Assembly (NCBI GenBank): GCA_964187785.1
Contig: OZ076409.1
Location: forward strand, 43,216,001 to 43,280,000
From: Amphiscolops sp. MND2022
Lineage: Eukaryota
Direction of reading: 5' to 3'
DNA: 64,000 bases
Shown piece after piece: positions 39,493 through 50,900 of this stretch. Both the position numbers and the translations under genes were made by a program. A model generated the notes under the pieces. The model ran no database searches, was not told the DNA's origin, and saw only the letters and a list, made by a program, of their open reading frames with translations. Position 1 is the stretch's first letter. Each line of letters opens with the position of its first letter.

Positions 39493-40622
39493 TTAAATGT
39501 CTTTAATACCAGAAGAGGAAGGCATCTCACTGTCTGATGGTCGCTTAACAGGCGAATTTTTGGCGCTAGAGGAAGGAAGGCTCTTCGTAACATTGCGGCA
39601 CTTAGGGTCCTTGAACCGTAACCTGCGACTGTCTGACTTTTGGACATCTCGCTTGGGCTTCAAAACGGAAAGAATCTGAGACCGATTAAAATAGTCCAAG
39701 CCATCCCACAGACCATAAGTATCGGAAAAGGCAGTGCCACCAAAAGTGGGTTCAAAGGCCAAGAATTCTGATATCGACGAGGAGGATGTCAAGATGTCAA
39801 TACTGTGCCCCACATTCATGAAGAAGGATTGCACAGGAAGGATGGTGTCGACTAGTTTACTCTTTGGATCGTCAGTACGTATTGGACCAAATTTAACTGG
39901 GTGCATACTGGTGAAATCCTCGTACAGACACAGGCAGCTCAATCTAAAGATTCGGACAAGATGGGGACGAGTTCGCAATCCCTCGTGGGTGGAAATAAAA
40001 GAAACGGCGTCAATAATGATCACCCTAGGTTGATCCAATTCAGGCAGCTCCTTCCTTAGTTCATCCAAAAAGGATAAATATTCCTCAGTGTACAGAGATT
40101 CCTCGTCAGGCTGAAAGTACCCGCGAAGTTGGAAACTTCGGAACAATTGTTTGTAGCAATAAAGGGCTTGACTGAGGGGACACCTAAACATAACGGCTAA
40201 GTCGAATGACCCAAGGCCTTTTACGATGTCGGACGTAAGCTGGAGGTTGCTCTGTGCAGTTTGAAACAAATAGGCAACGTATGCCCTTCCAAGTCTGCCG
40301 AAATCTTCTTTTGCTTCCTTCACCAGCTTCGGGAGGTTGGCTCGGCTTCCCTTCTTATCGCTTAGTTCTCTCTCAGCCTTGACTTTACAGGCGACGTTGA
40401 GTCTTTGTTCCAATTTGGATCGTACTATGAAGTCTGTGATTGATAAGGCCCTGGTGTCAGAAACGGCGATACCCAATATTGCTGACAAATCATTCTCTTG
40501 TGGGAGACTCTTAGGCCGCATGCAACGCCTCCCAAGCTTGAGCAAGAACTGACATAGCTGCCGATAAATGTGGAACCCGTGGTCCCGTCTCTCCACGAGG
40601 TGCGGCACGAAACTAGTGGTAT
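39493..40622 (-). CDS. Antisense accessory gene, exon 5 (hAT insertion/C-terminal-like region, basic tail)
   Basis: Phase-1 acceptor TGTTTAG|AT restores Tyr and joins the 386-aa ORF frame; contains RPHLVRIFRLSCLCL; stop at 39493. Confidence 0.85.
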
Positions 40623-40693
40623 CTAAACAAGATGCATTATAACATCCATGCAATTCAGAATCACACTATGCTAGGTAAACAAATCTCACTAAC

Positions 40694-40775
40694 AATCCCT
40701 GACAACTCGGTAGAAAAGTTCAAGGCGGCAGAGGAACAGTTCGTCGCTAAGCATAGCTCTCTCCAAATTCTGTGG
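40694..40775 (-). CDS. Antisense accessory gene, exon 4
   Basis: Acceptor GTTTTAG|CCA; PQNLERAMLSDELFLCRLELFYRVVRD; phase-1 donor T|GTTAGT. Confidence 0.8.
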
Positions 40776-40844
40776 CTAAAACACCAGCGTCCCTTAAGAG
40801 AAGTTCAAATTAGACTTAAGGTCAGGGTGACAGCAGGCACTCAC

Positions 40845-40979
40845 CTGTTTCTTGACTCCCATCATTGCGTGGGGAGGAGCATGAGCCTCGAGGTAGCTGG
40901 ATACACTGGGCCAGTGGGAAAGAAGTTCCTGACAGAGAGTGGGCAAAGTGCTCAATTCGATCTGACATGATCTCACAGC
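40845..40979 (-). CDS. Antisense accessory gene, exon 3
   Basis: Acceptor TTTCTTCAG|GCT; AVRSCQ...ELLSHWPSVSSYL...KKQ; donor CAG|GTGAGT; phase 0/0. Confidence 0.85.
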
Positions 40980-41053
40980 CTGAAGAAATCAGTCGATTAA
41001 GATGCAAAACAATGAGGATCCCTAGGAAGCAAGGAAAACTGAAATTAACTAAC

Positions 41054-41539
41054 CTTCGATAAGACTGGTGTCAGAAGAGTCCAATCACAATCGAGACAAC
41101 CTCCAAGGAAGATAATCAAGTATTGCAGAACCGAATGGAAGTCTATCCGCCCAAAGACACTGTAACTCTCTTTATGCATAAGTCTTGCAATGGAAAAATC
41201 AGCGAAACGTAGTGGGCGCTGAAGTCCGTGCTCACTAAATGGGGAGTTGTCCACAGCTTGAATTGTCTCCAGTGTGCTTCCGGAACAGCAGACAATATTG
41301 GGGGAAGTTGAAAACACGGCCTTGACGTCACTGATGAGTTGAAGTTCAGCTGCTGATTGCCCCAGTACACGGCCAGTCCGTTTGAGGAAGACGCGGCACA
41401 ATTCGTTTTTTCGCCAGAATCGGATGAATACCAATAAGAAGACACCTTGTTTGACAAACTCCAGGGAGTATTCACCAGACTCCACCACATGCGTTCCAAT
41501 GTCTTTCATCGTTTGCAAGAATAGATGATGAAACAGAAC
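41054..41539 (-). CDS. Antisense accessory gene, exon 2 (degenerate RNase H-like region of a hAT-type transposase)
   Basis: Acceptor TTTTCCAG|GTT with CTAAC/CTAAT branch-like motifs upstream; open phase-0 frame VLFHHLFLQ...PVLSK; donor AAG|GTTAGT. Confidence 0.85.
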
Positions 41540-41627
41540 CTGGAAAACATCAACGTTTTGTTAGACATTATTAGACAATAATTCAGCGATGGACGCAAGG
41601 TCAACGTGACGGCAATGAAGTACTTAC

Positions 41628-43744
41628 CGACAAACGTTCTTTACTCCAGTCGAAGTCTGTGAACAAGGCTTGGTGATTGACAACGACGCCCACATCTCGC
41701 CACAGGTTTCTCAAGGCACTGATATCACCATGGGTACGCAAGTAGTGTCCAAGGACTGACACCTGGACCCTTGTTCTGTTTTCTGAAGAGGACGTCATGT
41801 AATCAGTGCCACGCAAGTAATCCTCGTAGAAAGGAAGTTTTTCCCCAAGGTCCACAAGTGGCACATCTATGAATTTCGGTAACTCAAGCTGCAACTCATA
41901 AGGAGTCAGAAGTTTGCCATCCTTGCCACGCACGTAGTGTTTGACCATCTTTGTCACAGGGTCCTCGGTGACAAGATGCTCGTAACGCCACCTTTGATCC
42001 TTCCGCAGATGACGTTCAGTTGCATGGTGACGCAAGATCTCCCGGGCCCCACGGCCGTAAATTGAACTATTGCCCTTACAAATTTGGCAATAGAATTTGT
42101 ATGGGTTCCAACGCGGGTCGACTTGCCCAGACACAAAAGTTTTCGTCCACTCCATGCCCTTGAAATACGCCTCCTTCATAATCTTGCAGGCACGAGGGAC
42201 CCTATGGCGGTTGACAGAACTATTTGATGTTGTCTTCTTCCTTGGCCTCTTGCGAGAACTGGCCTTCGACCTTTCTGCAGCAGCTTCAGCCTTGAGGACC
42301 GCAAGAGTTTGGGCTCCTGGACTATCTACTTGGAACTCCACTTCAGCTGACCCTGGGTCAACTCGACTGCAACTGGGTAGAGCAACCGGAGGCGAAGCAA
42401 ATGGTTGGCTTTCAAGGTCGGAATGTTCGTACGCGTAACCAATGCTCTCAAAATCGTCAGAACTTCTTAATGCCCCACTTGTGTCGCTTGCTTCTCCTGA
42501 TGTCATTCCAGATTGTGGCCCTGGCGTAGGAGCTCGGTAGCCAGGTTTATTTGTAGTCACTCGGCCACCATGAGGCAATTGGGACGTCCCGAGACTCAGT
42601 CTACTCGCACGCTCCACCAAACTTTCCATCATCTTAAGAGAAGTTTTCACTGCTTCTTCTGCCACGGCCTTGACAATACAATTGACTTGGCCCTCGTTGA
42701 GCGCTAACGTTGTGTGTCCTGCTGGGAGATTTACGGGGGAAACTTTGTCGAAACATTCTTTATGAGCACACGACTGCTTGCCGATAACTGGGGCCCCCTG
42801 GTGATCTCTTCAGGGAAATCGACAGAGGTAACACTGCCTGTATCGCCGACTCTGTGTCTACTTGTACCCACTGGGGCATATATAGCGTCTGCCACTGTCG
42901 AGCCTACCGGTCCAGCGGACTCTTGTCCAGTGTCACTGGCAGACCTATCTATGGTAGCGTGAGGAACAATGGTGTGTGGGCTGTCCATTCCAAACTCATC
43001 ACCAGTAGTTGAACCCCCTTCAGCATTCGACAGACCTTCAGTATCGGATGCAGAAACAGAAAACTCTCTTCTAGTGTCTCCGATTTTGACACACAGTTTT
43101 TGAATCTTTGGTTCTGTTGGCCTATACATTGACTTCAGTTTACTCTTGATTGGATTAGTGGTAGGTTCAAGGAAAGCTACACTCGGTACAGAATCTGATT
43201 CGGATTCAATTTGACCTAGGGAATTTTGGGTCGGAGCCAACTCCAATGCCGCGCTCTCGCTGACTTTTCCGATGTTGCCGTCGCTCGGACCTTGAGTCTC
43301 GTTTTCTGGAGAGGTGCCTAACTGCTCCCATTTTCGGGCGATGTATGCCCCGCAACTTTCGTCTGTGCTACTGCTCTCTACATTAGCGTGCCTTAACGTG
43401 GATTGGGGTGTGGCAGTAGGATCATGTAGACCAACAGGCAGAGTTTGTGGCAGGTCGTTCTGAACCACTTCTTGCATCTGGGATTCTTCACCTTGGACGT
43501 GAGGACTAACAGCAGGATCAATGACAGTTGGTAAGACAGCTCCAGCGTCCATCTCCTCCTGTCCGGGTTGAGAGTCACACACTAAAGGGGGACTTGCAAT
43601 GTGAGACGAAGCAGTTATGTACGACTCACTAGTGTCCATTCTTTCTTCTCCTTCCGTGTTCAATTGGATAGGTTGGCCATTTGACTCATTATCTAAACGA
43701 AATGAGATAAATAAGCGCGGTTGACTTCCTGAGTACAAATCCAT
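41628..43744 (-). CDS. Antisense accessory gene, exon 1: acidic/disordered N-terminus plus BED-like zinc finger; one frame break near 42730-42760; 5' end uncertain
   Basis: ORFs 42731-43744 and 41601-42665 overlap in different frames. Contains W...KFYCQICKGNSSIYGRGAREILRHHATERH (C-x2-C...H-x4/5-H). Ends at the donor TCG|GTAAGT. Confidence 0.8.
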
Positions 43745-44530
43745 CTCACCGCATTAAAATTCTTCCGGAAGTTCTTTGACACAATGTTCATGCTTTATGC
43801 AAACATTTCACGATGCAGGAAGTTACTTTGTTAAATTTAGAGCCCTGATCAAGCCTAGTTTAACACCTTTTAAAAGAACCAACCTGATGCAGATTCCATG
43901 ATGGGTTTGCGGAATTGATGTGATCCTTTTGAAATACACGAATTTGTCTGGGTATGACGGATCGACAGGTAGTCTCTCAATTGCGATAAACAAACAGTCC
44001 ACTCTAGTACGTAGTGCATTTTCCCAAATAAAGGCCTACAAAGGAGGTAACAGGAGATACTGTGGAGAAAATGAATTGATAGTATTACGAATGGCAGTTG
44101 ACAATAGGTAGAGAATTAATTACAAGGAAGTAATTAAAAGGATTTTCAAAAATCACTAATAGGCAGAAACAGAAGATCAGAGTACAACCCAAGGTCAGAG
44201 AGACTATACAGATTACGGAGTAATGCAGTATAGCTCAAGTGATACTACTTGAGAAGACAATAATAGACTGAAAGTAAAATTAGCGAGGAGTATTGTCTGA
44301 AATGGGACGCAACGTCAGCTGGACGGCAGTGTATTACTAGTTCACAATCAAGTATTACTCGACCAGTGCTTATGCATTGGACGATGAGTCATCCTGACGG
44401 CAAGACATTAATTGTTACCAAATGTATTTTTGTTCTTCTTCCCCTACCTTTTCTCACCCTACTGACTAATTATTAATTCGTACTGTCAAGTTAACGCCAC
44501 AACTTAGTCTTTTTTAATCTATTTCGTCCA

Positions 44531-44532
<2 letters not shown>

Positions 44533-44594
<62 letters not shown>

Positions 44595-44625
44595 TTTATT
44601 ATTCTTATTATTATTATTATTATAT
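44533..44625 (+). repeat. (ATT)n microsatellite in the element's internal non-coding spacer
   Basis: Direct reading. Confidence 0.95.
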
Positions 44626-45113
44626 TACTAGTATTAATATGATAGTTGTTATTATTACCGACTGGACGTCGTGGCTACATATAAAACGTTCTCTTGTTAC
44701 CATCTCATCTGCACTAATTAGATTTCATCATTACTAATCCATGATATGGAACCTGCCAGTGAAATGTTCATGGACTTCCCTGTTATTTTATTTCACTATT
44801 CTTCCCTAAAAACGCATCAAATTAATTCCTTCATTTCATACTTAGGAAATTATTCATCATCTTTCTTCATTCAAATTACCGTCACCTGATTGGTTGTCAT
44901 CATTAGTGCCGTCGCATGGACCGACGGTCTTTCAAGTTAATTGTTGACAGAGAATTAAGAGGAACGACACTTAAATTGTCAAGTGACGCCTTTGAAGAAT
45001 AAAGTAAAACAACTTGAAGAGGCTATTTATAAGCTTCTCAGATAAATTGCTCAAAAACTATTTGAGACTCTACTCTTAATCAAATCCTAAAAAGGAAAAG
45101 TTGAAACTATGAT

Positions 45114-46106
45114 TTGGGAGAAACCTCGCGCCGTATTCCCGCCAAAATTGGGGTTGGACCCAAAGTCAGGCGGACGGCAAAAGTTTACTTCTCATCCTAC
45201 CCTTCTGAAAATCAGTTGCCAAAAATTCAAGCTAGCAAAATTGCGAAAAGGATATTCCTCAATCGATACAACGCAGAGATGGCTCTACAATTCAACTGTG
45301 AATTACTTCCCAGATCGCTAGTGGATTCAAGCTACCAGTCGTCAGATGAAGATATGGACGTCGACTCCATAAATTCCGCTGACGATATTCTAGATGCTCC
45401 CGGCGAGGACGACGATATACAAGTTTTGGCTTGCTACCGATACAATACTGAATTCCCTCCACAATTAGCGGCAGGAAGGGCTATGACAACCGAGCTAACC
45501 GAATGTCTCAACGATCTTAACTTGCCCATCAGTGAACCCACTGAATCGGTGAGTACGTTTACAGAACCCTCAAATTCATTGATTGATTGGTTCGTTGGGA
45601 ATCCACCCCCCACATATTATGGGCAACCTGCTAGCGACCACCCAATAGCCCAATGTAGCCAATTCAACCCAATCCTAGAATCCCCTCTGTCTCCTCCATT
45701 AATTGACCAGAGACCAGCTTATGATGATGCGCGAGAAACCCACTTGCCACCTCAAGATGACAATTGGATTAGCAACCCCCACATTACGGTATTGGCAATA
45801 AACATCAGTAGGACTTGTGGGCAGCCAAATGATGTCTATTACACGGGATGTGTAGTGTGCGGGAAAGACTACGCTGCAATCAAAGAGGAAATTACACTTG
45901 GCTACTTAGAACGTACACACGTTGCAGGCGAATCCTACGAAACAAGGATTGCAAAAAGAGATGCCTTCGAAGCCGGAATGAAGGCGGGATCCTTCATTCT
46001 CATCCCCAGGGGAGTGTCGGAGGCTGCCGCCTGCGACGGTCTACTATATCAGATCACCCCTGAAGATGACTCAAACGCTCCCGGCCCAGGTGTCCTTCCA
46101 ATATAG
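45114..46106 (+). CDS. Extra 3' sense ORF of the retrotransposon, unknown function (likely ATG at ~45279, MALQF...)
   Basis: 330-codon intact ORF, acidic and Pro-rich, with a CVVC motif. It crosses the PPT and stops 92 nt into the 3' LTR. No signal peptide or TM helix evident. Confidence 0.75.
   Translation: MGETSRRIPAKIGVGPKVRRTAKVYFSSYPSENQLPKIQASKIAKRIFLNRYNAEMALQFNCELLPRSLVDSSYQSSDEDMDVDSINSADDILDAPGEDDDIQVLACYRYNTEFPPQLAAGRAMTTELTECLNDLNLPISEPTESVSTFTEPSNSLIDWFVGNPPPTYYGQPASDHPIAQCSQFNPILESPLSPPLIDQRPAYDDARETHLPPQDDNWISNPHITVLAINISRTCGQPNDVYYTGCVVCGKDYAAIKEEITLGYLERTHVAGESYETRIAKRDAFEAGMKAGSFILIPRGVSEAAACDGLLYQITPEDDSNAPGPGVLPI
46008..46014 (+). promoter_or_regulatory. Polypurine tract (short)
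   Basis: AGGGGAG abutting the TG start of the 3' LTR. Confidence 0.75.
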
Positions 46107-47501
46107 GCTCAGAACTCAATTAAAACATTCACGAATACCATTATTTTAATATACATGTCAATATCTTACTGTTTCGTTGCTTAATTTAGTCACTGTGCGA
46201 ATTTACTTTATATGTTGTGACCTAAGGTCAGCCCGACGGCAAACGCCTACTTGTATTTTACCGTCATAAATGGCATGTAGCATTACTCACGATAAACCCC
46301 ACCTGTTGTGAACTAGTATTTCACGCAGACCTGTAGTAAATTGTTTGTTGCTACTGATAAAGTTGGATTAACGATTAATCGATTGATTCTGTAAGCTGAC
46401 AATGTACAGGAAACGCGTTCAACTGGTACAGCGTTGCCGTCAAGTTGACGCGTGGTCCGAACTACTTTTGACCAATCATATTGCAGTAACCAGTATTATA
46501 CTGCCGCCACAATGACCATTGGTCCATTCAGTTTAATATCATTTTGGACGCATGTATTGTTGCTGTTAACATGTAGCTATTAGAATCAAATTGTTGTTGT
46601 TGCTATTTATAGTTAATAGGGCAAATGACGTAAGGTTAATTTGACCCTATTAGTCTATTTTTAGAAGATGCTATTTTAGACAATGACATCATGACTATTT
46701 TTGATAAATGACACCCTAAATATTGAGCGTCATGCAGTAGTTAGTATATATGTGCGTTTCCAATAATAGGGGATTCATTCAATACACTTACAATCACACC
46801 GTTCACATTACCGCGATATTCAATTCATTGTTGAAATCTGAAATTCTTTATTGCTATGCCTTCAACAAGAAAACAAAAGGCAAAAGAGAAACGCTCCAGA
46901 CACTCTGACGTAATGTCAGATATTGAAAATTTAGACGTAATGCTGGGAAATTACACCCATGATGAAAATAGAGATCAAGAAGCCATTGATCAGAGAGGAA
47001 TTGACCCTGAGTCAGAAAGACGGCAACAGACCTTAGATCAAAGTGAGACAAACTATATATCACTCCTAAACACTAATTTGAGTGAGAACAGTGAAATTAC
47101 CGCTGAGACTAGTAGAATGATAAACTCAGAAATTTCATCACAAATGTCAAGGAAAATAGAGGAGATGAAATCAGACTTAAATTCCCATATTTTGGAGGTT
47201 ATAAATTCAGCAATTGAGGAAAGGATATTGCCAAGCATTGAAAACGTGATTTCAAGCAATAGGGAAGCTAAAAATACAAAATGGGACCTTTGGTCAGATG
47301 GACGGCATCCGGATAGAAACATTCAGATGACTCAAAATTCAGACCTTGAGTCACATGGACGGCATAAAAGTAAATTTTGCCAACAGGTCCAGGACTCATG
47401 TGAGAACTTTCCTAAATTAATCGGAACTTCTAGTAACCAGAATAATCACCGTAGGGAGAATTTAGTAGATTTTGAACAAAGTGATGATGAAGGTTACGAC
47501 A
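46015..47501 (+). repeat. 3' LTR (1487 bp)
   Basis: Same termini as the 5' LTR; preceded by the purine tract AGGGGAG and followed by the TSD TGAGA. Confidence 0.97.
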
Positions 47502-47605
47502 TGAGAGAAAACGTTTTCTTTCGCAAACTTATGGGAAACAAAGTTTGCAATACCCTTGCGCATAGTGAATTTTCACGAGATCCTTGCAAAAAATTCGTTC
47601 CCTAG
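46856..47605 (+). other. Truncated gag N-terminus in the 3' LTR, reading into flanking host DNA
   Basis: Near-identical to the gag N-terminus up to EGYDM; it diverges at the LTR end/TSD. Confidence 0.9.
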
Positions 47606-47848
47606 AAGATCAGCGTTCACCTAGAAGTGTGAGAAAGTTTCTCGTAGTTGCAAATCTAGAAATTTCGTCGTATTTCTAACAGCGTCCCATTATTAGGTAT
47701 CTATTCAATCAACAAATTAAGTAACTAATAGTTTCAGATATCACAAATAGGTGTCATTTAGACACCTAATGTGCACAAGTTTTACCAGCAGTTACGGCAA
47801 AACTTATTTGCATTCAATGCCCGCTCAACAAGATGCTAAAAAGGTAAC

Positions 47849-47920
47849 GCATCAGCAGAGGTCCGAACCCAGGACCTCGTGTCTGCAAGGCAGACGCACT
47901 ACCAACAGCGCCATGCTGAC
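47849..47920 (-). pseudogene. tRNA-derived sequence (SINE head or tRNA pseudogene)
   Basis: Minus-strand A-box TGGCGCTGTTGG and B-box GGTTCGGACC with tRNA-like spacing; cloverleaf imperfect. Confidence 0.55.
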
Positions 47921-50900
47921 TAGACTTTACTAGCTACCCTGGTTGGAACTGCTTAAACTTTTTACAAGTTTTTGTAGGTTACCAAGCTAATTTTTCATGA
48001 TTTTATAAAACTCTCAAGGAAACCTCCATGCATTAAAACTTCACTGATGCAATTTAAATTTATCAAGCAGCCCATAAGATGCATCCTAAATTTGGCGGCA
48101 ATTCTGAGCCGCGAAATTTTGCAGGTTTCATAAAGACGCCATTCTAATTTTGAAAGCAGCTGGGACCTTCGAGGATTTTACCGCGGTTTCAATGCAAATA
48201 AGTTTCAGACGCATTATAAGTTTCAAAGTGCGTCATATTCAGCGTGCTATTTGATCAACGGTGTTTACATAAGGTACTTACTTGAGAAACTTACGCGTGA
48301 AAACAAAGTGACCGCGGTAGTGAAGGAGTGGAAATGTTTTCAGTTTTAACTTAAATAGTGAAAGCTGCATAGTAATCCTAGAAAATGTTTCCATGCACGG
48401 TCCCTGAATTTTCCATGTTTTATAAAAAATTAGCCGGCATTTTTTGAACGTGCCTGTGAAACTTCGCGGCAACTTCGACTAGGGTAAAGGGAGTAATAAA
48501 ATGGAGATTTGGCAGAATTTGGAAAAAAAACGCAACACAGATTATGATTTTCCTCCCCATTATATGTGGGCGGAAAATAACAAGAAACTTACTGGGCAAA
48601 ATATTTTCCGCCCTGAACTTTTTTCTAGACGTTTTTCAGTATTTGCAGAAATATGGGGAAAAATTATCAAATATATCACTTTTGGCACAAGTAATGACAC
48701 GTTTTGCAATCCGTACACTACTGTGATTTAAAATCCCATGTTGAGCACTCCCAGCGAATTTGTACACATCCTGGCAGATATTCCAGGATTTGTCGAAAAC
48801 TAAGTAGTCATACAAACAGTTTTGAAATTAAAATAGTTGATTAAGAAGTGCTCTATAAGACAAACACGCCTCTTAATTGAAGTTTTTAAAAGAATTAATT
48901 CGGTGCAAATCTGTACATATCTGTACAAAGTCTGACAAATATTGCAGGATTTATCGAAAATCAACGATGCGAAAAAGACCAATAAGATACTATAACGTAT
49001 TCCATGTTTTCACCAATTACTGAAACTACTTCAGCAAACCATGTTACGGAAATATTAAAACAATATAACTTTATCAACACCTCCACCAACCCAGACGGTG
49101 GCCATATGTCTAATTTGATCAGCCAAAACGGAGTCAGTAAAGTCGTGGAATTTTTCGTTTTCGGGGTTTAACAAAAAGCTTATTTGGTTGAGCAAACAAG
49201 AAGTGATGTCAACAATGAAATTGTTTGAATCAGCGAAGTAAGAACGCATTGCCTCGAGCCAATATACTAAGTTCTTCTTTCGTACGAAAAAGTTTTTTTA
49301 CGATGGGAAAATCACCACCCCCGTCCCGAAAAACTACCGAACCGATCCCGCTGAAATTTGGCACAAGGATACCAGAACTGTTTTGCAACTCGCTTATGAA
49401 GTGCCCACGACAAGAAGAGCACCAGGACCGGAAGTCCACTAGGAACGCTACGACGCCTGTATGAGAAGCAACCCTATGTAAACAAGCACTGATTCTTAGG
49501 TAAATCGCCACCAGGTGACGAGAGGATCATGAAACTTACCTACGATGTTCACCAGCCAACCCTAAGTAACAAACAAGAAATATACATTGATCGGCCTATG
49601 TAGTGCGTAGTATTGTTCTTTCATTCATGGCACGCGGGTCCGGACGCGTGGACCCGGTAGAAAAATGATGTTTGATCTTGGCTTGTAAAACTTCAAACGA
49701 CACGCAATAACAAATGTAGTCGATTTTTACCTTGAATGAAAGTGTTTTCGTAATCTGCGGGGGTAACAGCTTCAAGTAAACAAATCATACGAGCACATTG
49801 TAACTCAGGGTCCATCGACACTAGAACCATATAGATTGGATTGTAGCAACTTTGGAGGAGGGCAAACAATGTAAATCAGCGTCTTTCAGCGATAATTTAT
49901 GCACTTCAGTCAGGCGAAAAGATTCACGATGCACCGCACTTAGAATGAAGGAAAAGCATTACGTAAGTTCGGAGAGTCACAACAATTGGGCAGATAGCGA
50001 GTTGAGTGTCGTGAAGAAAAGGTATTTCTCTAGACGTTTGTGTTGTCTGTAGCTCCACGAGCTAAATTATGGATATAGAAGAGCCAGTTCGGGAGTTGCG
50101 ATAGAAGTGATCTAGTGTCTGAAACTGACTTAAGAAACTGTGATACAGCCATATTTGAACTTCTGGATCTTGCGAGTGACTGTTACCGATCTTAGGCAGT
50201 TTAGTTTTACTCGATTAATGGTTATAAAGAAGTTAAGTCATTATCGCTATTAGTAGTAATTATATTATTCAATCTATTTTTGATCAATCGTGGGAAGCCG
50301 AAGAGCATAGTGGAGAGAAATCTAGCTGAGCTAGTTCTTTAAGCAGAAGTTTATCCACCAAAAAACTTTTTCTGTTAGAGTTAGATACTTGAGAAATCTC
50401 TCCAACCGCGATATCTAATTTTTCTACAATAGTAATTGAGCCTCTCGAAGCTGAAGAACCACTACTGGAAAGTGAAATGGATAAATTACCGTGTTTCACC
50501 AATACCGAACGTTCTCAAGACACCAAAATTACCGTGATGGGGACAAGACTTTTGAGTGATGGAGAATTTCAACATGACTGTCCCTTGGTCAGCTAAAATA
50601 CTTTGAAATACTAAATTTGTTGAAGAAGCCCGAAAATCTCCCAACAAATTTCCTGAAAAATCTACAGAATATTTGAACATTTGTAAAGATCCTTGCAGAT
50701 CTGCGCAGATGTCCTTACGTAGCAGTGGCACAATCTTTACAGATCCTCAAAGCAAAAAGGCTCACAGATCTGTACAGATTCTGAAGGAAAGCTCAACATG
50801 AAAGATGGCTTCGAAGTTCTAGGAGCACATACGTTCGACGCATCAATCATGCATGGATATGCCCCCGTTGTATGAATTAGCAGGCAGATATAGTTAATGT

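Larger units (their letters stand above)
31501..47501 (+). mobile_element. Full-length Ty3/Gypsy LTR retrotransposon (16.0 kb) with extra antisense and 3' ORFs; this copy carries inactivating lesions
   Basis: Two ~1.49-kb direct repeats starting TGTCG and ending CGACA. TGAGA duplicated at 31496-31500 and 47502-47506. PBS and PPT in the expected places. Domain order gag, PR, RT, RNase H, INT. Confidence 0.98.

Noticed and set aside
39308..44500. Nested autonomous hAT DNA transposon as the explanation for the antisense gene
   Set aside because: No TIR pair or 8-bp TSD seen by eye, catalytic residues appear absent, and a diverged paralogue occupies the equivalent position in another element; not formally excluded.
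45114..46106. env gene
   Set aside because: No signal peptide, fusion peptide or transmembrane anchor evident.
47849..47920. Functional tRNA gene
   Set aside because: Acceptor and anticodon arms do not form a canonical cloverleaf; treated as tRNA-derived.
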